Shown: positions 29,328 to 38,250, numbered from the stretch's first letter. The stretch is DNA of 64,000 bases from an uncultured Solibacteraceae bacterium (GCA_964505625.1 CAZDIZ010000002.1:9803-73802), one strand, 5' to 3'. The notes: generated by a model not told the origin, from the sequence alone. A program made the numbers and translations.

Positions 29328-29345
29328 GCGATCTCGAAAGATCGC
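29328..29345 (-). promoter_or_regulatory. 5' leader hairpin with a UUCG tetraloop
   Basis: Minus strand reads GCGATCT-TTCG-AGATCGC, a perfect 7-bp stem between the predicted TSS and the SD of the micro-ORF. Confidence 0.45.
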
Positions 29346-29356
29346 TTCGTGATTCA

Positions 29357-29385
29357 TATATAAGGTGTTCCGCGTTGAATGTCAA
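29357..29385 (-). promoter_or_regulatory. Sigma70-type promoter of the micro-ORF
   Basis: Minus strand: TTGACA (29385-29380), 17 nt, TATATA (29362-29357). Confidence 0.55.
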
Positions 29386-29540
29386 GAAAAAAATGCATCT
29401 AGGGCCTTCGCGTGAACCCGATGAGGGCGCTTCGGAGCGAAAAAACGTATCTGTCTGAAATTGTTTTAATGCACGAGAGGCCCATTTGACGGGGTTGCGA
29501 GCTTGCATGACACGCGCGCGGCACGTTAGCATCGGTCCAG

Positions 29541-30302
29541 ATGCGAAATCGAGCGCTGCTGCTGTTGTTGCTCGTGCCACTCGCGTTCACTGGCTGCGCC
29601 AAGCGCGCGAAGACGTGGCGCACGCCGCCTCCGCCCGGCAAATTTGTTGAGACCGGCATCGCGAGTTGGTACGGTAATCCCTATCACGGACGCGCCACCG
29701 CGAGCGGTGAGATCTACGACATGGAGAAGCTCACAGCCGCGCATCGCACGCTGCCGTTTCACACGTGGGTGCGAGTGGAGAATCTTTCCAATCACAAGAG
29801 CGTCGTCGTCAAGATCAATGATCGCGGCCCGTTCGTGCACGGACGCATCATCGATCTTTCGCGCGCCGCCGCGCGGCACATCGAACTGCTGGGGCCCGGC
29901 ACGGTGAAGGTGCGCATCATCAGCACCAGCGAGCCGAAGCACGAAAAGGAATCCAAGCGCGAAAAGGAACCCGTGGCCGAAGCACCCGCCGTTCCACGCG
30001 CAACTCCAACGCCGCCCGGTGCGAGACCATCGCCGTTTCCCACGCCGGCGGAAGCCGTTGCGCCACGTGCGGGCTTCGCGGTGCAAGTGGGCGCATTTTC
30101 GGATCGCGCTCGCGCGGAAGATCTACGGCGACGTCTCGAAGAGCGTTACGGCGCCGCGCGCCTGTTGGAGAAGCCGGGCCGGGCCGGCGTGTGGCGTGTG
30201 CTCGCCGGCGAATACAGCGACGCAGCCGCCGCGGCATCGGCCGCGAACCAGTTGCGGACGGAGTTTCCCGGCGCGTTTGTGGTCCGCATCGACGCCAACT
30301 AA
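29541..30302 (+). CDS. rlpA: Septal-ring lytic transglycosylase RlpA (DPBB + SPOR domains)
   Basis: Lipoprotein signal LLVPLAFTGCA. DPBB core GIASWYGNPYHGRATASGEIYDMEKLTAAHRTLPFHTWVRVENL...VVVKINDRGPF. C-terminal SPOR-like GFAVQVGAFSDRARAEDL. Confidence 0.9.
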   Translation: MRNRALLLLLLVPLAFTGCAKRAKTWRTPPPPGKFVETGIASWYGNPYHGRATASGEIYDMEKLTAAHRTLPFHTWVRVENLSNHKSVVVKINDRGPFVHGRIIDLSRAAARHIELLGPGTVKVRIISTSEPKHEKESKREKEPVAEAPAVPRATPTPPGARPSPFPTPAEAVAPRAGFAVQVGAFSDRARAEDLRRRLEERYGAARLLEKPGRAGVWRVLAGEYSDAAAAASAANQLRTEFPGAFVVRIDAN

Positions 30303-30388
30303 ATTCTGTCGCAACAATTTGGCCCCTCGCGCCACTATGCAATTGAGAGGGGAGTGTCTCCCCGACTATCACGTATAATTGACTTCAG

Positions 30389-31417
30389 ATGATGGTCCAC
30401 GGCAAAAACGGCACAACCAACCTGGTGGGGCAGTCGCCACGCATGCGCCAGGTTCTGCGCCTGGTTGAAAAACTCAGCCGCTGCCGTTGGCCCGTGCTCC
30501 TGCTTGGCGAGACCGGCACGGGCAAGGAAGTCGTGGCGCGCTCGATACATAACGCCAACCCCGTCGGCCCATTCGTTCCCATCGATTGTTCGGCGCTGGT
30601 CGGACCGCTGATGGAGAGCGAACTGTTCGGGCACGTCAAAGGCTCGTTCACCGGCGCGGTGAATACCAAGATTGGTTTGATCGAGAACGCCAACGGCGGA
30701 ACGGCGTTCTTCGACGAAATCGGCGAATTGCCGCTCGACATGCAGGTGAAGCTGTTGCGCGTGCTGCAGGAGAAGGAATTCCGGCCCGTCGGCGCCACTA
30801 CGGTGCGCCACTCCGATTTCCGCCTCATCGCCGCCACCAATCGCGACCTGGCCAAGGAAGTGGAGCGCGGCACGTTCCGCCGCGACCTTTACTATCGCCT
30901 GAATGTGGTGCCGTTGCGCGTGGCTCCGCTGCGCGAGCGCAAAGAGGATATCCCGGCGCTCATCGCGCACTTTTTGGAGAGTTACGGCCACAACCACACC
31001 ATCACGCAGGAAACGCTCGACGCCATGCTCAGTTACGAATGGCCCGGCAACGTGCGCGAACTCGAGCACTGCATTCAACACATGGTGGCCGTCAACTCCG
31101 GGCCGCTCATTCACGCGGCCGACATGCCCACTGCGCTACAGAACCACGTTCTGATGCGCCGGGGGCAGGGCATGGCCGCCGTCGCCGCGGTGGGCGCCGC
31201 CGTGCCCGAACCGCCGCCCGCTCCTCGCATCGGCCCGCGCATGGCTTCGAGTCCTATGCCGACTCCGCCCATCATGCGTCTCACCGACATGGAGAAGTCC
31301 GCCATCATTCAGGCGCTCGAATACACCAAAGGCGACCGCATGATGGCCGCCCAACTCCTCGGTATTGGAAGGACCACGCTCTACAGGAAACTGAAAGAAT
31401 ACGGTCTGAGTCGTTGA
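30389..31417 (+). CDS. Sigma-54-dependent transcriptional activator (AAA+ and Fis-type HTH only, no sensory domain)
   Basis: Walker A LLLGETGTGKEVVA, GAFTGA-like loop GSFTGA, Walker B FFDEIGEL, VRELEH, C-terminal HTH AAQLLGIGRTTLYRKLKEYGL. The protein begins about 12 residues before the AAA+ core. Confidence 0.85.
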   Translation: MMVHGKNGTTNLVGQSPRMRQVLRLVEKLSRCRWPVLLLGETGTGKEVVARSIHNANPVGPFVPIDCSALVGPLMESELFGHVKGSFTGAVNTKIGLIENANGGTAFFDEIGELPLDMQVKLLRVLQEKEFRPVGATTVRHSDFRLIAATNRDLAKEVERGTFRRDLYYRLNVVPLRVAPLRERKEDIPALIAHFLESYGHNHTITQETLDAMLSYEWPGNVRELEHCIQHMVAVNSGPLIHAADMPTALQNHVLMRRGQGMAAVAAVGAAVPEPPPAPRIGPRMASSPMPTPPIMRLTDMEKSAIIQALEYTKGDRMMAAQLLGIGRTTLYRKLKEYGLSR

Positions 31418-32472
31418 AACTCGCTCTCGACGCCACCTACAGTCTGGACCCGGACGTCTCAGGCGTCGGTGTCTACTCCCGCGAGATTCTCTACGGTCTG
31501 GCTAAAACTCATCCGGAAGTTCGGTTTCTGTTCTGCTATCGCACGCATCGCTTCGTAAGGTCGGTGCGCGCCCCGCTCGCCGGTAACGTCCGTCGCGCGC
31601 TCCTGGGCGAATCGAGTTGCCACCGCCCGTGGGGTCCCTGGAGCGCGGACCTGTTTCACGGTCTCAACCAGCGTCTTCCCCGGCAGCGCTTCCGCCGCGC
31701 GGTGGCCACGTTCCATGATTTGTTCGTGCTCACCGGCGACTATTCCACTCCGGAGTTCCGACGGCGATTCGCACAACAAGCCCGTGAAGCGGCCGAGCGC
31801 GCCGATCTGATCGTGACTGTCTCCGCTTTCACCGCGCGGCAGGTCGAACAACTGCTGGGTGTCGAGCCTGCACGTCTGCGTGTCATCCACCACGGTGTGC
31901 GCGTGCGGGCTGAATCGTCCGAGCCGCGCCAGAACATCATCCTCCACGTCGGCGCCATCCAGCGCCGCAAGAATGTCGCAAGGTTGCTGGAGGCTTTCGA
32001 ACGCATGCCCGGCGGCTGGCGCCTGGTGCTGGCGGGAGCGTGCGGCGGCTACGGAGCCGCGGAGATCATGGAGCGCATCGAACGCAGCCCGTGCCGCTCG
32101 TCCATCGACGTGCTCGGCTACGTGACCGATCGTCAGCTTGCGTCGCTTTACGCCACCGCGTCCATCTTCGCGTTCCCGTCGCTCGATGAAGGTTTCGGTA
32201 TGCCCGTGCTCGACGCCATGGCGAGTGGCGTTCCCGTTGTGACCAGCACACGCTCGGCGCTGCCGGAAGTTGCAGGGGATGCCGCATTGCTTGTGGATCC
32301 CGAAGATGTGGGAGCGATCGAGGAAGCGTTGACACGCCTGGCGGCGGACACCGCGCTGCGGGAACGTCTCAGTCAACAAGGACGCGAGCGCGCACAAGAA
32401 TTCACTTGGGCGCACGCTATCGAAAAAACCTGGGAAGTCTATCGCGAGTTGCTGGGCACGCGACTATCGTGA
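31414..32472 (+). CDS. Glycosyltransferase family 4 (GT-B)
   Basis: LKLALDATYS...GVGVYSREIL N-terminus and EGFGMPVLDAMASGVPVVTS C-terminal GT4 motif. The TTG start at 31414 overlaps the upstream TGA. The upstream part of track ORF 30586..32472 is an out-of-frame read-through of the activator gene. Confidence 0.8.
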   Translation: MKLALDATYSLDPDVSGVGVYSREILYGLAKTHPEVRFLFCYRTHRFVRSVRAPLAGNVRRALLGESSCHRPWGPWSADLFHGLNQRLPRQRFRRAVATFHDLFVLTGDYSTPEFRRRFAQQAREAAERADLIVTVSAFTARQVEQLLGVEPARLRVIHHGVRVRAESSEPRQNIILHVGAIQRRKNVARLLEAFERMPGGWRLVLAGACGGYGAAEIMERIERSPCRSSIDVLGYVTDRQLASLYATASIFAFPSLDEGFGMPVLDAMASGVPVVTSTRSALPEVAGDAALLVDPEDVGAIEEALTRLAADTALRERLSQQGRERAQEFTWAHAIEKTWEVYRELLGTRLS

Positions 32473-32979
32473 TTCGTCGTCGACCGAGATCTTCAGGGCG
32501 CGCAGGAACTTGTGATCCTGCGAAGTCCACTTGATCTTGCCCGCGGCGCTCAGGCGAGGCGGAGGCGCCGCCGGCGCTTCTTCGCCTTCGACACTGTCTT
32601 CGTCCTCAGCGTCGTCTTCCCGCTTATTGAATCCGATGGTAGCCTCCAAGACAAGGAAGACGTCGTAGCCCGCGCGCTTGATCTCGCCAATCGCGGCCGC
32701 GATTCGCTCGGAATCGGAAAGCGACTCATTAATCGCGTTGCCGAGTTCCTGCATCAACTCTTTGAGTTGGTCGTCCAAAATACGCCCCTTCCTGAGGCCC
32801 AATTCCAGGATAGCACCGCTGGGCCAAGTCAAGCCCGCCGGTGTCTCTTCATTCTCATCGGCGCATTCGCCGTCACTCTGTAGTTTTCCAGTGCCCGGCG
32901 GCCGTTCTGCTACCATGAGGATTCGTTTCCGCGTATGCCCGGGATTGTCAAACAGTTTTTCGGCCACGTCGTGCCGCAC
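32464..32979 (-). CDS. Hypothetical acidic protein
   Basis: Protein-like central region (LKELMQELGNAINESLSDSERIAAAIGEIKRAGYDVFLVLEATIGF). No family recognised. The start could be the internal Met at 32916. Confidence 0.45.
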   Translation of the reverse strand: MRHDVAEKLFDNPGHTRKRILMVAERPPGTGKLQSDGECADENEETPAGLTWPSGAILELGLRKGRILDDQLKELMQELGNAINESLSDSERIAAAIGEIKRAGYDVFLVLEATIGFNKREDDAEDEDSVEGEEAPAAPPPRLSAAGKIKWTSQDHKFLRALKISVDDESR

Positions 32980-33198
32980 GTGTTGCGGCCTTTGCGTGTG
33001 CTTTGGAACGAGATTATCGGCTTCCTGTTCGCCGTACTGGCTGTCTGGAGCGCGCCGTCAACCATCCGGCATGCCCGTCAGTTTGACGGCTCCCTCGACA
33101 GCATCTTCCGCCTGGCGCTCTCAGGTTTCTTTACCCTGCTGATGGCGGGGTTCGGAATCTTCTCTTTCCTGCGCGCCCGCAAGATCGCCAAGTCCTAG
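32935..33198 (+). CDS. Hypothetical small membrane protein (87 aa)
   Basis: Two clear TM segments (IIGFLFAVLAVWSAP; LALSGFFTLLMAGFGIFSFL). Confidence 0.45.
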   Translation: MPGIVKQFFGHVVPHVLRPLRVLWNEIIGFLFAVLAVWSAPSTIRHARQFDGSLDSIFRLALSGFFTLLMAGFGIFSFLRARKIAKS

Positions 33199-33206
33199 GG
33201 CCGCGT

Positions 33207-34457
33207 TTACAGCGGCAGAATCTGTTCACGAGCCGGGTCGAACTTGATGCGCCGCTTTTCCAGACACGCAATATTGCCCAAGTGCGATGCCTGCGCCGAG
33301 CGGTGTCCGATGTAGACATCGCCATTCGGCAGTTTCCGCGTACGCATGCACTCCAGGAAGTTCTCGACGTGGTATTCGGTGAGTTCCCGCGGTTCCTTCA
33401 CCACCGTCGGCTGCGCGCCGCGCTCCTTGGGCCAGAATTCGAAGCGGTCGCGCGTCAGGAACAAGCGTCCCTCGGTGCCGATGATCTCCACCGCCGCGCC
33501 GCGTAGACCCGGCGCCAGCGTCGCTTCGAATGTCGCGGTCCACTGATTCGGGTAATCCAACAGCACGCAGATGGTGTCCGGAGCCGTGCGCCCGTCCTTG
33601 TAGCAGTACACGCCGCCGCTGGCCACCGCCGCGATCGGATCGTCCTGATCGAGCAGCATGTGTACGACGTCGATCCAGTGCGTGAACAGGTCCGTGATCT
33701 GCCCGCCGCCGAAGTCCAGGTACGCGCGGAAATTGTAGTATTGCTGCGGATCGTACTCGCGCCACTTCACCGGTCCCAGGTAGCGAGCCCAATCCAGGTT
33801 CGACGGCTTGCTTTGCAGCGACGCGGGCGCCGTCCGCAGGTGCGCGCCGTTGCCATGCCACCACGTGCGCGCCAGCGTGATCTTGCCCAAACGGCCGCTC
33901 TTGATGTATTCCGCCTTCGCGCGCATGTAGTGCGGGCCGCTGCGCTGTTGCATGCCCACCTGGCAGATGCGGTTCGCCAGGCGCGCCGCTTTGACAATTT
34001 CCGGACCTTCCTCGATCTTCAGCGTCAGGGGCTTTTCGCAGTACACATCCTTGCCGGCCGCGAACGAATCCACGCAGACTGGCGCGTGCCAGTGATCCGG
34101 CGTGCCGATCAACACCGCGTCCACTTCCTTCATCTCGAGCAGCTTGCGATGATCGCTGAAACCGCGCGCGCCCTTGGCTTTCTGTTGCGCCTCTTCCACC
34201 CGCTCGCCGTACACATCGCACACCGCACGCACTTCCACGCTTGCGTTCATCTGGAACTTGGACATCACGTCCAAGCCACGCCCGCCGCATCCAACCACAC
34301 CGAGCCCGATGCGATCGTTCGCGCCGAGAACACGCGAATAGGAGGACGCCGCCATGGCGGTAGCACCGCTGACAGCGGTTCTGAACAGGTCTCTGCGATG
34401 TAGGTTGGTGTCGGACATAAGCGAGATTATAGCCTCTCGCCGCGCCGGGTTGTTCAC
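33207..34457 (-). CDS. Tat-exported Gfo/Idh/MocA-family oxidoreductase
   Basis: Tat motif HRRDLFRTAVSGATAMAAS, then Rossmann IGLGVVGCGGRG and EKP motif VYCEKPL. The true start may be MSDTNL at 34418. Confidence 0.85.
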   Translation of the reverse strand: MNNPARREAIISLMSDTNLHRRDLFRTAVSGATAMAASSYSRVLGANDRIGLGVVGCGGRGLDVMSKFQMNASVEVRAVCDVYGERVEEAQQKAKGARGFSDHRKLLEMKEVDAVLIGTPDHWHAPVCVDSFAAGKDVYCEKPLTLKIEEGPEIVKAARLANRICQVGMQQRSGPHYMRAKAEYIKSGRLGKITLARTWWHGNGAHLRTAPASLQSKPSNLDWARYLGPVKWREYDPQQYYNFRAYLDFGGGQITDLFTHWIDVVHMLLDQDDPIAAVASGGVYCYKDGRTAPDTICVLLDYPNQWTATFEATLAPGLRGAAVEIIGTEGRLFLTRDRFEFWPKERGAQPTVVKEPRELTEYHVENFLECMRTRKLPNGDVYIGHRSAQASHLGNIACLEKRRIKFDPAREQILPL

Positions 34458-35839
34458 GGTTTGTCGGGCTTAGTGGCTGGTGCGGGTGTTGCGGGCTCGG
34501 CGCCGAAGTCCACGGTCGACTCGGTCAGGTACAAATCCGATTCGCCGGTGAAGCGCTGGTAGTTGCGAAACTCGGTCGCGTTGCGGCTGCATTGCGCCGA
34601 GCCGCGCCAGCACGCCAGCACTTCGGCCTTCACCGGAACCAGGAATTCCCTCGTGCCCAGCTTCACCGCGCCGTATTCAACCACCCATTCGGAAACGTCC
34701 AGGGGATAGTCGCCGGGCATGTTTACTGCCTGCATCTCGATGCGCAACACGCGCGACGTCTCACGATCCACCCACACTGTTCCCTTGTACGCCGGCCGGA
34801 TCGATTGCGAACCGATTTTGATCGTCCAGTGCGAATTGGGTAGTTCGACTTTGAAAGCGAAACGCCACGCCGCGCGGCCGCCTACTTGCGATGTGCCCCG
34901 CCGTTGGAAGTCCGCGTTGGTGGAACTCGACAACAAATCGGAGAGCGTCGACCCGTATTCGCCGTGCGATACCGTGCCGCTCAGTGCTTCCAGCGGCTTG
35001 CTGGTGAGCTTGTTGTTCACTCGTACACTGCGATAGCTCTCCTTGCCGTTTTCGTAGACCACGGTGAGCGACAGGACATCCAGCGGCCTCCACTCCACCT
35101 TGGCCGTGTCGCTCCAATAGCGCGTCGTATGCTGGCGCACCAGGTAGTTTGGCAGTGTGCTGGTGAACTCTTGTGCCGCCTCCCGCGCCTTGGTGATCTG
35201 CGGGTCTTCCATCGGTTCGTCGATCCGCACGCTCGGCGCGGGTGCGGCGGCGGCCACGGTGGTGTTGCCCCCCTGCGCGGCTTCCTTTTCGGCGCGCGCG
35301 ACGCGCTCGGGTTTACCGCGCTTGATCTTGGGCGGACCGGCTTCGTCCGGATCCGCCGACGGCGCCGGAGCCATCATCGTGGTGGGACGTTTGTCCACCT
35401 CTTCTTCGTCCTTGTCCTTGACTGCCGCGGGCGCGGCCTTGGCCGGCGCCTCTTTCGGCGCGTCCTTCATGATCTGCACGGTCACCGCGTACAGGAAGTA
35501 CTCCGCGTTCTGCCGCGCTTCGACGCTCACCTCGGTGCCGGGCTTCAATACGACCGACTTGAGCATTTCGCCATCACGCGTGAACCGTGTGCTCTTGGTG
35601 ATCATGATCCGCAGTTCGCGGCCGTCATTGGTCGCGAGAATGATGGCTCTCTGATCGGCGCTTCGGATCGTGCCCGAAAAGCCGAACAGCACGCCGTCGG
35701 CACGCGGTTCCTGTTTGCTCGACCCCGAGGGGCTGGAGGGCGGTCCGCTGGGGAAGGGGTCCTGCAGGGGCGGCACCACCTGGCCAGATAGAATCCCGGC
35801 GGCCAGCACCAGCCCAAGCGCCCAGTTCGTAGATTTCAT
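34454..35839 (-). CDS. Secreted hypothetical protein (461 aa) with a Pro/Ala/Lys-rich linker
   Basis: Signal peptide MKSTNWALGLVLAAGILSGQ. Its end abuts or overlaps the oxidoreductase gene. No family recognised. Confidence 0.6.
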   Translation of the reverse strand: MKSTNWALGLVLAAGILSGQVVPPLQDPFPSGPPSSPSGSSKQEPRADGVLFGFSGTIRSADQRAIILATNDGRELRIMITKSTRFTRDGEMLKSVVLKPGTEVSVEARQNAEYFLYAVTVQIMKDAPKEAPAKAAPAAVKDKDEEEVDKRPTTMMAPAPSADPDEAGPPKIKRGKPERVARAEKEAAQGGNTTVAAAAPAPSVRIDEPMEDPQITKAREAAQEFTSTLPNYLVRQHTTRYWSDTAKVEWRPLDVLSLTVVYENGKESYRSVRVNNKLTSKPLEALSGTVSHGEYGSTLSDLLSSSTNADFQRRGTSQVGGRAAWRFAFKVELPNSHWTIKIGSQSIRPAYKGTVWVDRETSRVLRIEMQAVNMPGDYPLDVSEWVVEYGAVKLGTREFLVPVKAEVLACWRGSAQCSRNATEFRNYQRFTGESDLYLTESTVDFGAEPATPAPATKPDKP

Positions 35840-35889
35840 TGACGATATCTGGACGCTCGGCGGAGCCGGACGGTTACGTTGATGGGCGA

Positions 35890-35919
35890 TTGACAGGGGA
35901 CTTTGAGGGGAACTAGGAT
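35890..35919 (+). promoter_or_regulatory. Putative sigma70 promoter of the SorC-led operon
   Basis: TTGACA (35890-35895), 18 nt, TAGGAT (35914-35919). Confidence 0.35.
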
Positions 35920-35941
35920 ATGGCAGGGAGAATTTCTACCC

Positions 35942-35955
35942 TGCATATATATGCA
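35942..35955. promoter_or_regulatory. Perfect 14-bp palindrome TGCATATATATGCA overlapping the regulator start codon
   Basis: Read directly from the sequence. The ATG at 35951 lies inside it. An adjacent GCAGGG...CCCTGC inverted repeat sits at 35923-35944. Confidence 0.4.
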
Positions 35956-36916
35956 AGCGACCGACGCCGACTCCGCCCGCGACGATCAGCTTCTGCTCGC
36001 CGCTCGCCTCTATTACATTGACGGCCTCTCGCAATCCGAGGTCGCCCGCCTGGCCGGGGTCTCTCAGTCCAAGATCTCGCGCCTGCTCGCTCTCGCCCGT
36101 GAACGCGGCATCGTCCAGATCAAGGTCCCCGACTACAATCCACGGCGCCCCGATCTGGAGCGCCGCCTGCGCAAGGATCTTGGTCTGGCCGAGGCCATTG
36201 TCATCCACTCCATTCCGGAACAGACCGCGCAAGACCTGCGCCACGCGATCGGCTACTTCGCTGGCCGTGTGGTCTCGCAGTGGATCGAACCGGCCGGCGC
36301 CGTGGCACTGGCCGGCGGGCGTTCCATACAGGCGCTGGTCCAGCACATGAGGCCCGAGCCCGCCGCCGCCGGTGTGACCTTCATACAAGCCATGGGGCAT
36401 ATCGATGCGAGCCCCGGCCCCTACGACGCTCTGGAACTCTGCCGTGCGCTGGCGCATCGTTGGCGCGGCGCATTCCTCACCTTGAACACACCCGCCATGC
36501 TGCCGGATGCGGAGACCTGCCGGCGGCTTCTGGAATTGGAGCAAGTGTCGAACGTGCTCCGCCGCGTGTCGAAAGCCAGCCTCGCGCTGGTGGGCATCGG
36601 CACGCCCGAGAACTCGGTCTTCGTCGAGCGCAAAGTGATCGGTCCGCGCGAACACGAAGCGCTCCGCAAGGCGCGCGCGGTCGGCGAGATCCTCGGCCGC
36701 TATTTCGACAGTGACGGCAACGAGGTCGATACGCCGTTCCGCTCCCGCGTGGTGAGTGTCGGATTCCGCGAATTGAAACGCGTGAAGAACGTCGCGGCCA
36801 TCGTTGCTGGAGGCAACCGCGCCGCCGCCATCCGCGCCGCCGCGCGCGGTGGTTTGATCAAGACGCTGGTGATCGATGAACATGGGGCGCTCTGCGTGCT
36901 GGGAGAATCCAATTGA
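35951..36916 (+). CDS. SorC/DeoR-type sugar-binding transcriptional regulator
   Basis: LLLAARLYYIDGLSQSEVARLAGVSQSKISRLLALARERGIVQIKV HTH followed by a sugar-binding domain. Start at ATG 35951 (alternative TTG at 35903). Confidence 0.85.
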   Translation: MQATDADSARDDQLLLAARLYYIDGLSQSEVARLAGVSQSKISRLLALARERGIVQIKVPDYNPRRPDLERRLRKDLGLAEAIVIHSIPEQTAQDLRHAIGYFAGRVVSQWIEPAGAVALAGGRSIQALVQHMRPEPAAAGVTFIQAMGHIDASPGPYDALELCRALAHRWRGAFLTLNTPAMLPDAETCRRLLELEQVSNVLRRVSKASLALVGIGTPENSVFVERKVIGPREHEALRKARAVGEILGRYFDSDGNEVDTPFRSRVVSVGFRELKRVKNVAAIVAGGNRAAAIRAAARGGLIKTLVIDEHGALCVLGESN

Positions 36917-38250
36917 CGAATGAATCGCAGTTGCTGGAAGCCGCGTTGAGCGCCGCGCGCGACACGCGCTGCCTGCGCGTGGGCAATGGCGTACGCCGCG
37001 ACGTTGGCGAGATGTTCGGCTCGCTATTTGGCGGCCACTCGGCGGCCATCATCGCCGACGAAAACACCTTCGCCGCCGCCGGAGGCGACGTGCACGATTC
37101 GCTGCGCGCGGCAGGCCGCCACTGCCACGCGCCGCTCGTGCTCGGCGCGCGCATACACGCCGAGATGTCCCTGGTCCAGCGAGTTCGCGCACATCTGGAA
37201 TCGACCGGCGCCATCGCCGTGGCCGTGGGCTCCGGAACCATCAACGATCTCGCCAAGCTGGCTTCGGGCCAATTGAGCCGCCCGTACATGTCGGTGGCCA
37301 CCGCCGCTAGCATGGACGGCTACACCGCCTTCGGCGCCTCCATCATGCACGAAGGTTCCAAGCAGACCTTCGCCTGCCCGGCGCCGTTAGCTGTGGTGGC
37401 CGATCTGGACGTCATCGCGGGCGCACCCGCCGGAATGAACGCTTCCGGCTATGCCGACCTGCTCGCGAAGTGTCCGGCCGGCGCCGATTGGATTGTCGCC
37501 GATGCGATCGGCGTGGAACCGATCGACGCGAACGTCTGGCCCACCGTGCAGTCACGGCTACGCGAATGGATCGCCGATCCGGCCGCCGTGCGCCGCGGCG
37601 AACCGGAAGCGCTGCGCCGTTTGGTGACGGGCTTGATGATGACCGGCTTCGCCATGCAGGCCGCCTGTTCCAGCCGTCCGGCCTCCGGCGCCGAGCACCA
37701 GTTCAGCCACCTGTGGGACATGCAGCATCACACTCACCAGGGCATCGCGCCCTCGCACGGTTTCAAGGTTGGCATTGGATCGATCGCGTCGCTGTCGCTC
37801 TATGAATCGATTCTCGCGCGCGGCCTTGAAACACTCGATGTCGATGCAGCCGTCGCGCGATGGCCGGACAAGCGCGGCAACGAAATGGAAATCGCGGCGC
37901 TGTTACCGGAAGAGGAGCTTGCCGCGACCGCGCGCCGGGAGTCCGCCATCAAGTACGTCGACAAAGCCAGCCTGCGCGTCGAACTTGAGAGACTCAAAGC
38001 CGTGTGGCCTACGCTCGCCAAGCGTTTGTTGAGCCACCTGCTAGCTCCCGCCGAAGCACGCGACCTGCTGCGCGAAGCCGGTGCGCCCTGCGAGTCCGCC
38101 GCCATCGGCATCGATCGCGAACGCCTGAAGCGCAGTCACCTGATGGCCTATCACATACGCCGCCGCTACACGGTGCTCGACCTGGCGCGCCGCGCGGGAG
38201 TGATGGATGAGTTGCTCGACGCGCTGTATCCGTCCGGGGTGTCCGCATGA
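36913..38250 (+). CDS. sn-glycerol-1-phosphate dehydrogenase-like (AraM/EgsA, Fe-ADH_2) family protein
   Basis: AVGSGTINDLAKLAS, ASMDGY, GYADLLAK and SGAEHQFSHLWDM motifs of the glycerol/G1P dehydrogenase fold. TTGA overlap with the upstream stop. Confidence 0.65.
   Translation: MTNESQLLEAALSAARDTRCLRVGNGVRRDVGEMFGSLFGGHSAAIIADENTFAAAGGDVHDSLRAAGRHCHAPLVLGARIHAEMSLVQRVRAHLESTGAIAVAVGSGTINDLAKLASGQLSRPYMSVATAASMDGYTAFGASIMHEGSKQTFACPAPLAVVADLDVIAGAPAGMNASGYADLLAKCPAGADWIVADAIGVEPIDANVWPTVQSRLREWIADPAAVRRGEPEALRRLVTGLMMTGFAMQAACSSRPASGAEHQFSHLWDMQHHTHQGIAPSHGFKVGIGSIASLSLYESILARGLETLDVDAAVARWPDKRGNEMEIAALLPEEELAATARRESAIKYVDKASLRVELERLKAVWPTLAKRLLSHLLAPAEARDLLREAGAPCESAAIGIDRERLKRSHLMAYHIRRRYTVLDLARRAGVMDELLDALYPSGVSA

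Noticed and set aside
29492-29507. Sigma-54-like -24/-12 element (GG-N10-TTGCA) upstream of rlpA, near the sigma-54 activator gene
   Set aside because: Only the GG dinucleotide and the -12 TTGCA match; the rest of the -24 box (TGGCAC) is absent. This is indistinguishable from chance without a genome-wide matrix scan.
30586-32472. 628-aa ORF presented as a single gene
   Set aside because: The first ~275 codons are an R/G/H-rich alternative frame of the sigma-54 activator gene. Only the part from the TTG at 31414 (LKLALDATYS...) looks like a GT4 protein.
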